A stretch of 64,000 bases of DNA from Eledone cirrhosa (lineage: Eukaryota). Every line of letters begins with the position of its first letter. Position 1 is the stretch's first letter. The DNA is taken from contig OZ024745.1 in NCBI GenBank assembly GCA_964016885.1, forward strand, positions 113,646,001 to 113,710,000. Reading direction: 5' to 3'. Under the pieces are notes generated by a model. The model had not been told where the DNA came from. It saw nothing but the letters and a program-made list of their open reading frames with translations, and ran no database searches. This document shows, in pieces, positions 1-11,639 of the stretch. Both the position numbers and the translations under genes were made by a program.

Positions 1-726
1 TTCATTTTGTGATAATTGAGCTGGTTTTCTTGTTTCGTTCGATATTGTCCTGAAAACCACAGTTTTCAGGACAGCCTCTCTACATAATTCCTGTGGAGAT
101 TTGTTGCTAAAAGCACCGTTTTCGCCAAAAGTCACGAATTGTTTTGCGTCTTGTAGTAGTTGTTTAGCTTTTGTTATGTCAATTGGCGTGTATAGTTCGG
201 TTTTTTTTTACAGTCTGTGCGAACGTTGTTTTGGTGTTGTTGTCTTTTTTGTTGCTGTTGTTGTTGTCACTGTTGGTAATATTGTTCATGTTTTCCTTGC
301 TGTTGCTATTGTTGCAGTTGTTGGTTGTGGTGTTATTGTCATTGTTCTTGTTGTTGGTGCTGGGATTATTTACCGGGTTTGGTTTCGTGGTTTCAATATT
401 TTCAACGTTTTTCGATAATGCGAGGGGGGAAGGCTGCAAGCTTTGTACTCCTACCTTCCCTCCACCATTTTCTTAGTGAACGTGGCACTCACGACAGTGT
501 GCGAGGTTGAAATGGCATCCATTGCTGACTACCAAGTCTACACATTTTGAGATGAAAATTAAAATTTCGCGCCAGAAAGGGGCCAAAATTAGTTGACTCA
601 ACGTCTGAAGGCCCAGGCAAGGGGTTAAACTAAACAATGCTATTAAATTGAGAAATGAACTCACAGTTCTTTTTACAATAATCCGTAAAAATCCGGAGCG
701 AAGTAATTCACGTCTATATCAAGTGG
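1..726 (-). mobile_element. Probable 5' end (5'UTR plus ORF1-like N-terminus) of a non-LTR retrotransposon
   Basis: Asn/Thr-rich linker followed by TFAQTVKK (ORF 179-439, minus). The start 'ccacttgatatagacgtg...cgctccg' resembles LINE 5' ends. No catalytic motif is visible. Confidence 0.3.
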
Positions 727-2319
727 TAATTGATATAGAGAAAAGATTGGAAAAGAGTTCCGTATAGTAGATATAGAGAGGGGGAGAGTTTAGTATTAAT
801 TGATATAGAGAAGGGTATTAGAAGAGAGTTCCGTGTAGTAGATATAGAGAGGGGGAGAGTTTGGTAGAGGTTTATGGCGAGTGAGAGAGTGCATTAATCT
901 TAGATTTAGAGAGTGGGATAAGAGAGGTGGTGTCGTGGTAGATATAGAGAGGGGTAGAGTTTGGTTTTAGTAGATACAGAGAGGGGGATTAAAAGAGAGT
1001 TTTGTGTGATAGATATAGAAAGGAAGAGAATTCTGTGGCACTCTCGGTCCCAAATAATAGGAGGGGTGGCAATAATGTGTGGGTCTTGGGAAATCAGTAA
1101 TTGTATAGTGTACGTTTGGAAATATGGGATTTCTTGAAATGTTCTTCTTTTGTTATATAATGTTTTTTTAATGTAAAATAAAATTATTATTCGATTCTCC
1201 AGCTGCTGTGTCAATATGAATCAATTACAATAAAATTTCGCCGGAGATAGATAGGCAAGATTTAATAAGCAGGTGAGAGTGGGGTTTAATAAAAACCCGG
1301 GGGAGTTTGACAAATTAATAAGCGTGGGTTGGAGACGATTATTCAAGACCTTGAGTGCTTGAATTATTGACGGACGTAAGAATGAAAACTCAATACCGAT
1401 GTAGAGTTTAAATATTCATTTATTATGGCTAAGCCTTGTTACTCTGGTGACTCACTTACATACTCACCAGACAAGACTCATGACCCTGTGAATTTGATGC
1501 TTGATGTTGAATTGAGAATATTACTAGAAGACTCCAGATCCCTTACGAATTCTACTATCAGGCACTGTGCTTTCCAATCGAAATCATTTGCAGCTAATAT
1601 ATTCAGACAACTGATGATATATCTAATTGAAGCAACAATACTGACAGACTGCTTGTGTTTATTCCTAATCGAATTATCCTCAATAATATTCCATTTCACA
1701 TTGAAAAGTTGCGGTTCCCTGTGAATTCTAGTTTGCCGTGTCCATCAACGAAACCTAGGGGTCAACTTTAAAGGTAGCTGGATTATAAATGGAGTTTCCT
1801 GCATTTCCCATGGTTAATTCTATAAAGTTTCGTCATGGCTTGAAGCACAAAATGACTTGTTTATGTATACTACCAAATGGAAATTAGGAAGAAATGTTTG
1901 TAATAAAACCTTGCATTAATTCATTATCACATTAATGCCCTGATAAATGTATTCATACATTAGCTTACACGTTCAAAATTTAGCTTCAATAATGGTGAAA
2001 TATTCAGAAGTAATTAGACTAGTTGTGGTATCAACCTGAGCAAATCGAAATCATAAAATTACACGCTATATATGTCTGTGTTTGTGTCAGTGTGTCTAAG
2101 TATGTATGTATGTATCTCCCTCTCTGGGAGATACATACATACATACTTCTAAAAGATGCGTATTGACGTACACGTCAATACTCATCTTTTTCCATTTCTC
2201 CGAGGGTTCTTAACCCCACTATCAGACTAAATAATTTCTTTAATTTCTTTAGTCAAAATACGGCGATAGCTTACATTTATAATAATTTCAAACCTACTCG
2301 CTGTTTCAAAAATATTCTT

Positions 2320-2375
<56 letters not shown>

Positions 2376-2530
2376 GCGTGTGTGTGTGTATGTGAGTGTG
2401 TGTGAATATGTGTGCCACAAGTAGACTGCCATATGTCCTAGATGATATATATCTCTGTTTTCAGATAATATTCAATCACTGAGAGTGGTCTATTATTCAC
2501 GCCTCTGTGTGCCCGTGTCTTTCTTCGTGT

Positions 2531-2614
<84 letters not shown>

Positions 2615-4009
2615 GTGTGTGTGGTCTATGTGTGTGTGTCTATGTGTGTATGTGTGTGTGAGTGTATGTGTGCGTGCGTGTATGTGTGTGGTCTATGTGT
2701 GTGTGTGTATGTGTGTGTGAGTGTATGTGTATGTGTGTGTGTGTGTGTGTGTGCGCGTGTGTGTGTGTGTGTGTGTGTGTGTGTCTATGTGTGTGCGTGT
2801 GTGTGTGGTCTATGTGTGTGTGTGTGTGTGTGTGTGTTTGTGTGTATGTGTGTGTGAGTGTATGTGTGTGTGCGTGTGTGTGTGTACACAAGCAGGTATT
2901 ATCAAAGTGTACATAATGATTAGATTCTGTGCATCTACCACACATATTTTCGATTAGTTTTCATTTCAACATTTTGAATGAAATTGGTTATACGGAGATT
3001 GTGTGAAAGAACATCTAATGGACTGTAACTATATTACATAAACCAACCCTTATTGTGCGTAATGTCACGCTGATTTTAAGAACACTCAGACAAATACTTC
3101 AGTCTATATATAAATCATTTAATTGAAAAACATGTATAATCTCCTTGAAAACGTATGTATTATCCATTTTATTTAGACACCCACATTTCCAATATAAGGG
3201 AGATAAATAAATTATACTTTATGAATATTATCTCCCTTAGAACTACACGTTGTTTGTTGCTAGGCTGCTCTACTATTTTTTTTTTTTTTTTTATACATCC
3301 AAATGAAAATAAAAATAAGTCAAGTATTATCTCTAAGATTCTTTTCTTGATATAATATAATATCTAGAAAAATTACTATTATTTAGGTTTTAGGCTAATA
3401 AGAATACTCCGGTGTCAAAAAGCCACAATGGATGAGATTTAAATTGTATTTATGGTGCAGTGTTATAAGGGAAATAATTTGCGATATATAAATGACCTTA
3501 AACCAGAGAATACGAGAGGATAGTGAATGATTAATTCAACGTGTGATAGTAATCTTACATAAACTGGAGGTTAATTCACATAAACTGAAACTTATTGAAT
3601 ATTTTTTTTTAAATCTTATAAATATATTCATGAATAAGAATGTAGAAAGATGATGTTTTGGAATAGAACATTCGAGTCTTGCTAAAGAAGTAGTCTGTAA
3701 GAAAAAGCCATTAATTAGATTAGATAAAAATAGAGGCGAAATGTGTATGTATATATATATGTGTGTGTATGTGTGTGTATGTTTACATGTGTGTATGTCT
3801 GTGTGTATACATGTGTATGTGTATGTATGATCCAGATAAATTGACATATGGTTAAGTTAGTAGGGTAGATGGTTTATGTAATCAAAGCATAAATTCTTCA
3901 AAACATCAATTGTTTTCCTAGTTCTGAGACCACATTTATTGTCCTATTAAAAAGAATACAGCTTTCCTCGCTGTTTTCTTTCCCTAATTTTTTTTTTTTT
4001 TTACTTTCA

Positions 4010-4162
4010 GTAACTAAGCTGTTCACGTTAAGAAATAGCCGTCGAAACGGCTTGAGCTCTGCCGTCGGTGTCATACTTTTTCCTATTTCCCACTCTACTA
4101 CCCTAAGTATTGAGTACTCTGGTGCGTTATGGTCCATCTGGCTCCTTACCACAATTCCTTCG

Positions 4163-4200
<38 letters not shown>

Positions 4201-4309
4201 TAACGAAGGAATTGTGGTAAGGAACCAGATGGAGCATAACGCACCAGAGTACTCAATACTTAGGGTAGTAGAGTGGGAAATAGGAAAAAGTATGACCCCG
4301 ACGGCAGAG

Positions 4310-4310
<1 letters not shown>
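4010..4310. mobile_element. Family D hammerhead-half element, tail-to-tail inverted pair around (TA)n
   Basis: About 4056-4165 is the reverse complement of 4201-4310. It contains GAAAC-GGC-ttgagctct-GCC-GTC. Homologous to 24500, 57900 and 59900. Confidence 0.75.
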
Positions 4311-4398
<88 letters not shown>

Positions 4399-4689
4399 GG
4401 TCAGTTGATCTTGAGAGTCATCACAAATTTATAAGCAGATCTTTATTTACGGTAAATAAACAAACGAAAAAATTGGTTTTTACAATGTGAAGCAAACGTT
4501 TATAATGCTAGCGAAATAATTTAAATATATCTCGTGAGAGTTGTTTCCCTTAGACTAACTAAAATGTAGAGATATACCTGAAAACGGTTGTGTTTACGTT
4601 AAGTGATTATGTCCTGCAACCCTGCAATTCGTTAAAACAAGGTTGTGTGTGTGCGTGTGTGTGTGTGCACGTATGAGTGTTATTGCATG

Positions 4690-5062
4690 TATAGATCCGC
4701 ATGTTTTAAGTTGTATGTGTACACGTGCAAATGCTTCTGTATATATATAGGGTTGTCAAGTATGAAATTTGTAGAAATTTTTTTTTTTTTTTTTACGAAT
4801 TTCTACAAATGTTATACTTGACGATCCAATATATATATATGTATACGCAGTTATTACATGCTGAATTTCTGAAGTTCATTTCTGGAGTCTCATTAACGGA
4901 CAGTAATTGGAACTTCTTTGCTAGCTCTGCTCTTTCTAGTTCTGTGAAGCCAAGCTTCTGAAGATGTGTACTGAAGCAGATAGTAACATTTACCGGAGCC
5001 CCAAGGACCACAGGTACAAATTTAATGGTATAGTTAGGATGGAATATCTGCAGATTCCCTAT
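4690..5062 (-). mobile_element. R4/Dong-like (RLE) non-LTR 3' fragment
   Basis: Peptide LQIFHPNYTIKFVPVVLGAP...LQKLGF is homologous to 36640-36890 and 50040-50340. The 3'UTR resembles 49970-50010. 5'-truncated at a (CATA)n array. Confidence 0.65.
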
Positions 5063-5085
5063 GTCTGTATGTATGTATGTATGTA

Positions 5086-5119
5086 TGTTCTGGCTTTATT
5101 ATCTTATAAATGTTCACCA

Positions 5120-5199
<80 letters not shown>

Positions 5200-6130
5200 T
5201 CGGTTGCTAACATAGACACCAGTCTCTTTCATTGGAATTTTATTTTGTCAGTGAAAATAGAGCCCTCCTTCTCTGTATTTAAATTTAGGATACTAGCCTA
5301 AGAAGATAGGCTCTCTATGGCTCTAATGGTGACGGGATGTTTCTACCATCCAAGAGTGCGGAACAGAATCGAATGCTTTCATGTAGACCAACCAGACTGT
5401 AAGCATGTTCATCCGATATCACCGAACTTCTGACATCACCATTTTGTTAATTAGAAGTTATTCAACCCTTCCAACCTCCACTCATCCTTAACAAATTCCT
5501 TTCCTCGTAGCTGCTTCTTCATCCGTGATGATATCATTGTCACAGTGATCTTGGAGAAATAATTTCGGGCAGGCTGTATGCATTTTATACATTAGGTTCT
5601 AGCATGCAATGAGTCGGCAGATTTTGCCAAGTGGGTGTCTTTGTTCTTAGAGAACAATATTGTTTTTGTTAATGTCGGTGGATTGGCAGTATCGGTAGAG
5701 GGTCGGACGCCATGCTTTCCAGCATAGTTACGTCCCTTTACGATCTGAGTTCAAATCCCGCCGAGGTTGACTTTGCCTTTCATCCTTACGGGGTCGATAA
5801 AATAAAGTACCAGTAATGCACTGGGTAATTGCTGGCCTTGTGCCTAAAGTAGAAACAATTATTTTTGTTAATGTCAACGACCCTAGTATATTTGCAACTC
5901 ACTTGAGAGCTTGCTGGTAGAGGTTGATTAGATACATCTGATAGAAAGCCAGTGTTATGTACTAGTAGCCGACAATCAGGTCTCTTCTTGGTGCTTTCTT
6001 ATCTTGGAGTTGTCCTATCACAGTCTCAATGGTAACATCATTGATGTTGAATGATTTTGTTGTAGTTCAGAAGCAGTAGATCACTTTCAGCCACACTCCA
6101 TCTTGGATGAATTTCTTTTCTTCACCCCAC
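5086..6130 (-). mobile_element. R4/Dong-like reverse transcriptase relic plus 3' end, interrupted by a SINE
   Basis: Minus-strand translation gives TILFSKNKDT..LIAC*NLMYK..LLINKMV..YMKAFDSVPHSWMVE. 5086-5240 matches the 3' end at 49804-49892. Confidence 0.65.
5677..5861 (+). mobile_element. tRNA-derived SINE (family S1) with 14-bp TSD
   Basis: A-box-like tggcagtatcggta, B-box gagttcaaatccc and core gcctttcatccttacggggtcgataaaataaagtaccag. TSD tttttgttaatgtc at 5663-5676 and 5862-5875. Confidence 0.9.
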
Positions 6131-6192
6131 ATTTTTCTCCAGATGAAATTTAAGTTTTACTAGGATTGGGCTGCAGTGACATTTTATGGCAG

Positions 6193-6500
6193 ATGATGAT
6201 GGTGGTGGTGGTGGTGGTGGTGGTGGTGGTGGTGGTGGTGACGATGCTGGGGGTAATGATGGTGGTGATGATGATGGTGATGATGATGGTGGTGGTAGCG
6301 GTGGTGGTGGTGATGGTGGTGGTGGTGGTGGTGGTAGCGGTGGTGGTGGTGATGGTGGTGGTGGTGGTGGTCACTGTGGTGCTGGTGGTGGGTGTGGTGG
6401 TGATGATGATGATGGTGGTGGTGAGGATCATGATGACGGTGGTGGTGGTGGTGGTAGTGGCAATGAAGATGAGTATGATGATGATGATTATGATGATGAT
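6193..6500. repeat. (GGT)n/(GAT)n trinucleotide array
   Basis: Read directly from the sequence. Confidence 0.95.
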
Positions 6501-6724
6501 TGATCAGTATATCACCTATATCTCCAGATGAAATCAAGGAACCTATATTTCAATTGACTTTTCACCTTGCTCATAATTCCATTGTTAGATTCTTTTTTTC
6601 TTTATAACTTTCTCGTTCCGTTGACAGGAGTCGAGAAGACACATTAAACAGGAACATATACTGCAGGACATCTCCAATGACATTTTAATTCCGCTGATCC
6701 ACCAGCCCTCGACTAATACTTTAT

Positions 6725-6908
6725 TAATTGTTTCTACTTTTGGCACAAGGCCAGCAATTATCCAGAACAGTACATTACTGGTACTTTATTTTATCGACCC
6801 CCGTAAGGATGAAAGGCAAAGTTAACCTCGGCGGGATTTGAACTCAGAATGGCAAGGGCCGTAACTCTATGTGTCAAAGCATAGCCTCCGACCCTCTACC
6901 GATACTGA
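6725..6908 (-). mobile_element. SINE S1 copy
   Basis: Reverse complement of 5677-5861. Confidence 0.85.
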
Positions 6909-7015
6909 AATACAACATATACTCCGAAATGTGGACGCTCAGAAGAGAAAATTATATTCTTTCTAACATTCTGCCAATTCACCACAAGAACACACACACA
7001 CACATACACATACAC

Positions 7016-7071
<56 letters not shown>

Positions 7072-7768
7072 CAGGGGGGGGTAGAGGGGAAGAGAGGGAG
7101 AGAGAAAAAGAGTCTGTGGTGCTTAGATCAACGAGACCACTAATGGGAGTTTCAAGTCGAAATTCACCACAAGAACACACACACACACACACACATACAC
7201 ACACACACATATATATATATATCTGATATGTGTGTGTGATAAAACAAGCAGAACAGATAGGTAGGCAGACCACGCCACCTAGATCCACACCACGTATAAA
7301 CACAAACACACTCGTGCGCACCCCCACATATACACACTCAGCCTCAGGAAACCACTCCCCGCCCCCTTTCCCATCCACACGCACGCACGCACCGACTTAC
7401 ACCCCACCCCACGCACACACCTTTTCCTGAATATAGAACCTCGTTCTTCCCCCAACTCTCACATTCACATGCACAACGTACACACACACACACGTACACC
7501 TACACACACATACACAAACACCACCTTCAGCCTTCCCCGCTTCGTTCGTCCCCCCCCCCCCCCAAACACACACACCTCCACACCTCCATCTCCCAACTCC
7601 ACCCGCCACCACCCTTACACGCCTCACACCCTTCCACCACTTGTTTATTTTTATGTTTATTTTTATGTTTATTTTTAATTTTATTTGTACTTCTTCAATC
7701 CTCCCCCCCCTTTTCTAAATGCTTTCCACCACTCCCCCACACACCCTCGGAACTCTCTTCCTACACAC

Positions 7769-7830
7769 TTTTCTCCTGATGTAGGGCTTATGCCCGAAAC
7801 TCCCCCCCCCCCCTCGTCTCTCAAAAGCGT
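7769..7830 (+). ncRNA. Degenerate hammerhead ribozyme (family F-like)
   Basis: CUGAUG(U)A-GGGC-UUAU-GCCC-GAAAC. Stems I and III are corrupted by a C-run. Confidence 0.45.
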
Positions 7831-8061
7831 GAACCTAATAAACTCTTATTTGTACTGCCTCTCTGTTTTTGTTCCCGTCTAAGTTTTAACTATATATATA
7901 TATAGAGAGAGAGGGGGTGGGATAGAGGGAGGGGGAGGGGAGAGGGGGAGAGAGGGAGAGAGAGAAAGAGTCTGTGGTGCTTAGATCGGGAAGACCACAA
8001 ATGGGAGATTCAAGTCGAAACCGCTTGGCGCCGCAGTCGGGATTTTCTCTCTCTCGGAAAA

Positions 8062-8240
8062 CATACTTCGCAGCAAAGAGTTACGGCTCTTTACGTTCTG
8101 AGTTCAAATCCCGCGGAGGTTAGCTTTGCCTTTCATCCCCATGGGGTCGATAAAATAAAGCACCAGTAACACACTGGGCGGTCGATTTAATCGATTTTCC
8201 CTTCCCCCAAATTGCTGGCCTTGTGCCTAAAGTAGCAACT
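8062..8240 (+). mobile_element. SINE S1 copy, 5'-truncated
   Basis: Contains gagttcaaatccc, gcctttcatcccc..ggggtcgataaaat and tggccttgtgcctaaag. Confidence 0.8.
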
Positions 8241-8804
8241 ATATATATAGTGTTAGGATTGGGTGTAGGTTTATGATTAATATGTATTAGTATAATTCTT
8301 GAATTGATTTGGTGTATTTGTTTGAAAACCTAACCTAGTAAATTATTTCAATTTGTATTGATCCTGTTTGCTTTCTTGTTGGCTAGTTGCATTGATTTTT
8401 ATATAATCTACATCAATACTTTTCTTGAATCAATTCCAGGCTATTTTCGTTTGGTTGAATGAGGTCAGGTGTCCTATTACAAATTTATAGATATTTCATA
8501 TGTCACGTCTCGTCCGCCTGTGGAATATTCAAGGAAAATCAAACGCATTAAGTTTGGCCATACCTCATCAATCTCTAAAGATCACAATCAATTAATTAGT
8601 TTTCTTTTGCACAGATTCTACAATAAAGCGAGAAGTCCAACTACGATATCATTATGTATAAGATGTAGTCTGATCATAGTTTTAAAGAATCATAGAAGTT
8701 CGCTTTTGTCAATTATTGGAGAAGTTACTCAACTATCCTTGGAATAACATTAGCTATATCGCCTGTAGAGTCTGGATATTTTTAAAGCCTAAGATTGTAC
8801 TTCT

Positions 8805-9027
8805 TTCTTCTTCTTGGTCCCGTAACTCCTGAATGAGTTGTGGAGGTGCCGTAGTGGCTTACATCGTTGCTTGGGCATTTCAAGTCTGGCGGAACCCATC
8901 CGTCTTTACGTCTGAACGCAGATTTCTTCCAGAGAAGGATAGAAAGTGAGAGATGTGATGAATCGACCCCAGAATGGACTGGTACATTTTTATCGACCTC
9001 AAAAAGGATGAAAAGCACAGTTGACTA
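8805..9027 (-). mobile_element. SINE with the S1 core and an alternative 3' tail (S3)
   Basis: Tail ggtcccgtaactcctga...gatttcttccagagaagg is shared with 19255-19380 and, inverted, with 43800-43920. Confidence 0.7.
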
Positions 9028-10008
9028 GGATTTTTGTGAACAATCAAAACCAATAAATTTAGTTAATTGTATTTTGTTGTAAAGTATATATTATATATTT
9101 CTTATTATAATATCCAATTGTACATGACATGATATTGTTCTCATTATCTACTGGGATGAGGTGTGCAGACACTCTATCTGTGTATAGATGTGTCTGTGTG
9201 TGCTTTTCTTAAACCCCCTGGGTTAAATCTAATTCGAATATATGAAACTTATGAGACTTATAAAATTTTAGTATCATTGAATAGGAATTGAATACTTTTT
9301 GATATTGTTAGTTGGAGATTATTTTTCCAATTAAAATTGAATTTGTTTGTTTATCAATCTAATGGGATGACTGTTTTACGACAACCCCAGCCGCCATCCT
9401 TGAGTGCGTTAATTAAATGCAGTCTGTGGACATGATTTTATAGGGAAGAAACATTTCCTTAAATGGCAAGATATTGAAAATGTAAGAAATATATATATAT
9501 ATATATAATTCAATTCAGTTCGAAAGATTTCCAATCAGTTATTCATTTCTACGATCGTTACGATTTATTGAAATGCAATTGTAGTCGTCTATAACAGTTT
9601 GCCGATTAACTAATTATATCAACAAACTTGGTAATTAATTACATCTCAAAAATCTCGTCAAGAATAGATTTGAGAAATAATTGTCCTACCAGGGCCTCCG
9701 CTACCATATAGGAAAACTAGGTAGCCGCCTAGGGCGCTTATTTCAGTGGGCACATTCTCCAAATCAAGGACAATTTTGAAAATTAAATAAATAAATTTCA
9801 GTTTTATTAAAAGTTTTTTTTTCTTTTATCCTGGTTTATTTCATACAGGGCGTTGAGAAGGTCCGGGGGGGAAGGGCAAGGGGGGGGGGGGGGGGGGGGC
9901 GGTGGTAGAGAAAATGGAGACGGCAGCAGGAATATGCGACAGAAAGCTGTGTCCCCTTAAACAAAAAGTATTTCCTATCCTTACATACTGTGGCAAAATT
10001 CATGTCGC

Positions 10009-10057
<49 letters not shown>

Positions 10058-10075
10058 GGGTGAGAGAAGTAGTAA

Positions 10076-10395
10076 TAGTACCGGTCGCTCTCCGACAGGT
10101 TCGCGGTCGTGCCTTTGGCAGTAGAGACTTCTGGTGTCCTTGACCCTAGGGTTGCTTCCCTACTCACCACCATAGGCCCTGAGCTAGCCAGCCGCAGGTG
10201 TGAGCCTCGTGAGTTGGAATGGCTCTCCCAGCGAATCTCCCTTACCATCCTCCGGGGAAACGCCTTCTCCATTCTGTCCGCCGGGGCTGTGGGGTGGCCA
10301 GCACGTGGGACCCCATTTGCTCACCATACGGAGAGATGGGGAGGGCGAGAGAGATGGAGGCGATGACAGTGGGAGTTCGGCTGTTCTTTCAGGTT
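10076..10395 (+). mobile_element. CRE-like (RLE) non-LTR 3' end
   Basis: YRSLSDRFAVVPLAVETSGVL...WLSQRISLTILRGNAFSIL; a second copy lies at 34780-35175. Confidence 0.7.
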
Positions 10396-10523
10396 AACTG
10401 TCACATATCCTCTGAGTTTATAACGTTCTTGTCATTGTGTGTAGCATTAACTTACGATTGGTAAACAAATGCCCCGTCTATTCATTGACAATTGGCTAAG
10501 ATATAATCATCATTATCATTAAT

Positions 10524-10712
10524 TCGGTGATTGGCAGTATCGGTAGAGGGTCGGACGCCATGCTTTCCAGCATAGTTACGTCCCTTTACGATCTGAGTTC
10601 AAATCCCGCCGTGGTTAACTTTGCCTTTCATCCTTACGGGGTCGCTAACATAAAGTACCAGTAATACACTGGGATAATAGCTGGCCTTGTGCAAAAAGTA
10701 GAAACAATTATT
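10524..10712 (+). mobile_element. SINE S1 copy
   Basis: Near-identical to 5677-5861. Confidence 0.9.
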
Positions 10713-10987
10713 TTTTTGTAACTAGAAATCTTTCACTAAACCCATAAGTTCTGCACTAACACATATTCACTTGATCTGGAAAACATTATATGTAACTATA
10801 TGATATATATCCAAGAGTCTGCAAGTACATATTTCTAATACAAATACAAATTTCTCAGTATTGAAACATACATTCCTGTACAAACTATTCTACATACTTC
10901 TCTCTGAATATCTTCAAGGAATCAGGTAACCCACACACTCACAAACCCACAAGGAGTAAACAACAAATAAAATAAAGTCACACCAGA

Positions 10988-11422
10988 ATGACTACTCAAC
11001 AAAAATCCAAACTAAACTGGTCTGAGAATGAAATAGACCTAATAAATGCATGGTATTGCCTTACTCAAACGGAAAACTTAGGCGCTTCTTGTCTGAACGA
11101 AATTGCTAAGCGGACAGTTCATCTTTTAAAAACCTGATCAGAACAACAGATTCAAAACAAACTAAAACAAATTGAAGTTACATTTAAATTAATTACCAGA
11201 CATTCTGATAAACTAAGATGTGTTTTTTCTTCAAACACTTTTCAACAAGTACAGCAGCACCAACCAACACAACAACATCAAATTCAGCAACAACAAGTAT
11301 CTTTAAATATTACTCACCCTGAACAGCAACAGCTTCAATCACTCCTCAGTTCAACCACAACTGATGACCTACAAGTGATGATTGTCCCTTTACCCATCTA
11401 CCGGGACTCGACAGACAAATAA
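10988..11422 (+). pseudogene. Myb/SANT-like ORF relic with one in-frame TGA, upstream of the LINE ORF2
   Basis: MTTQQKSKLNWSENEIDLINAW...KT*SEQQIQNKLKQIE followed by a Q-rich tail; TGA at 11135-11137. Confidence 0.4.
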
Positions 11423-11639
11423 AAATAAAGATACAAATACAAAACCCACATCGACACTTACAGTTCTCTTAACAGGGAAACGCTTTTTTAGCTCTAATAA
11501 ATCTGGCAAAAGATCTACAAAGTAAAAATCATTCTAGCTATCATCCAACACCACCCTCCACTACCACCCCACTGCACAAACTCTCCTTGTTGCCATTAAC
11601 AAACAAACCCCCAAAACAATCAAAATCAGCCACCACTCT

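Noticed and set aside
6150-6537. Gly/Asp-, His-, Thr- or Val-rich ORFs (also 51303-51650)
   Set aside because: The triplet array is open in most frames and there is no splice or homology support.
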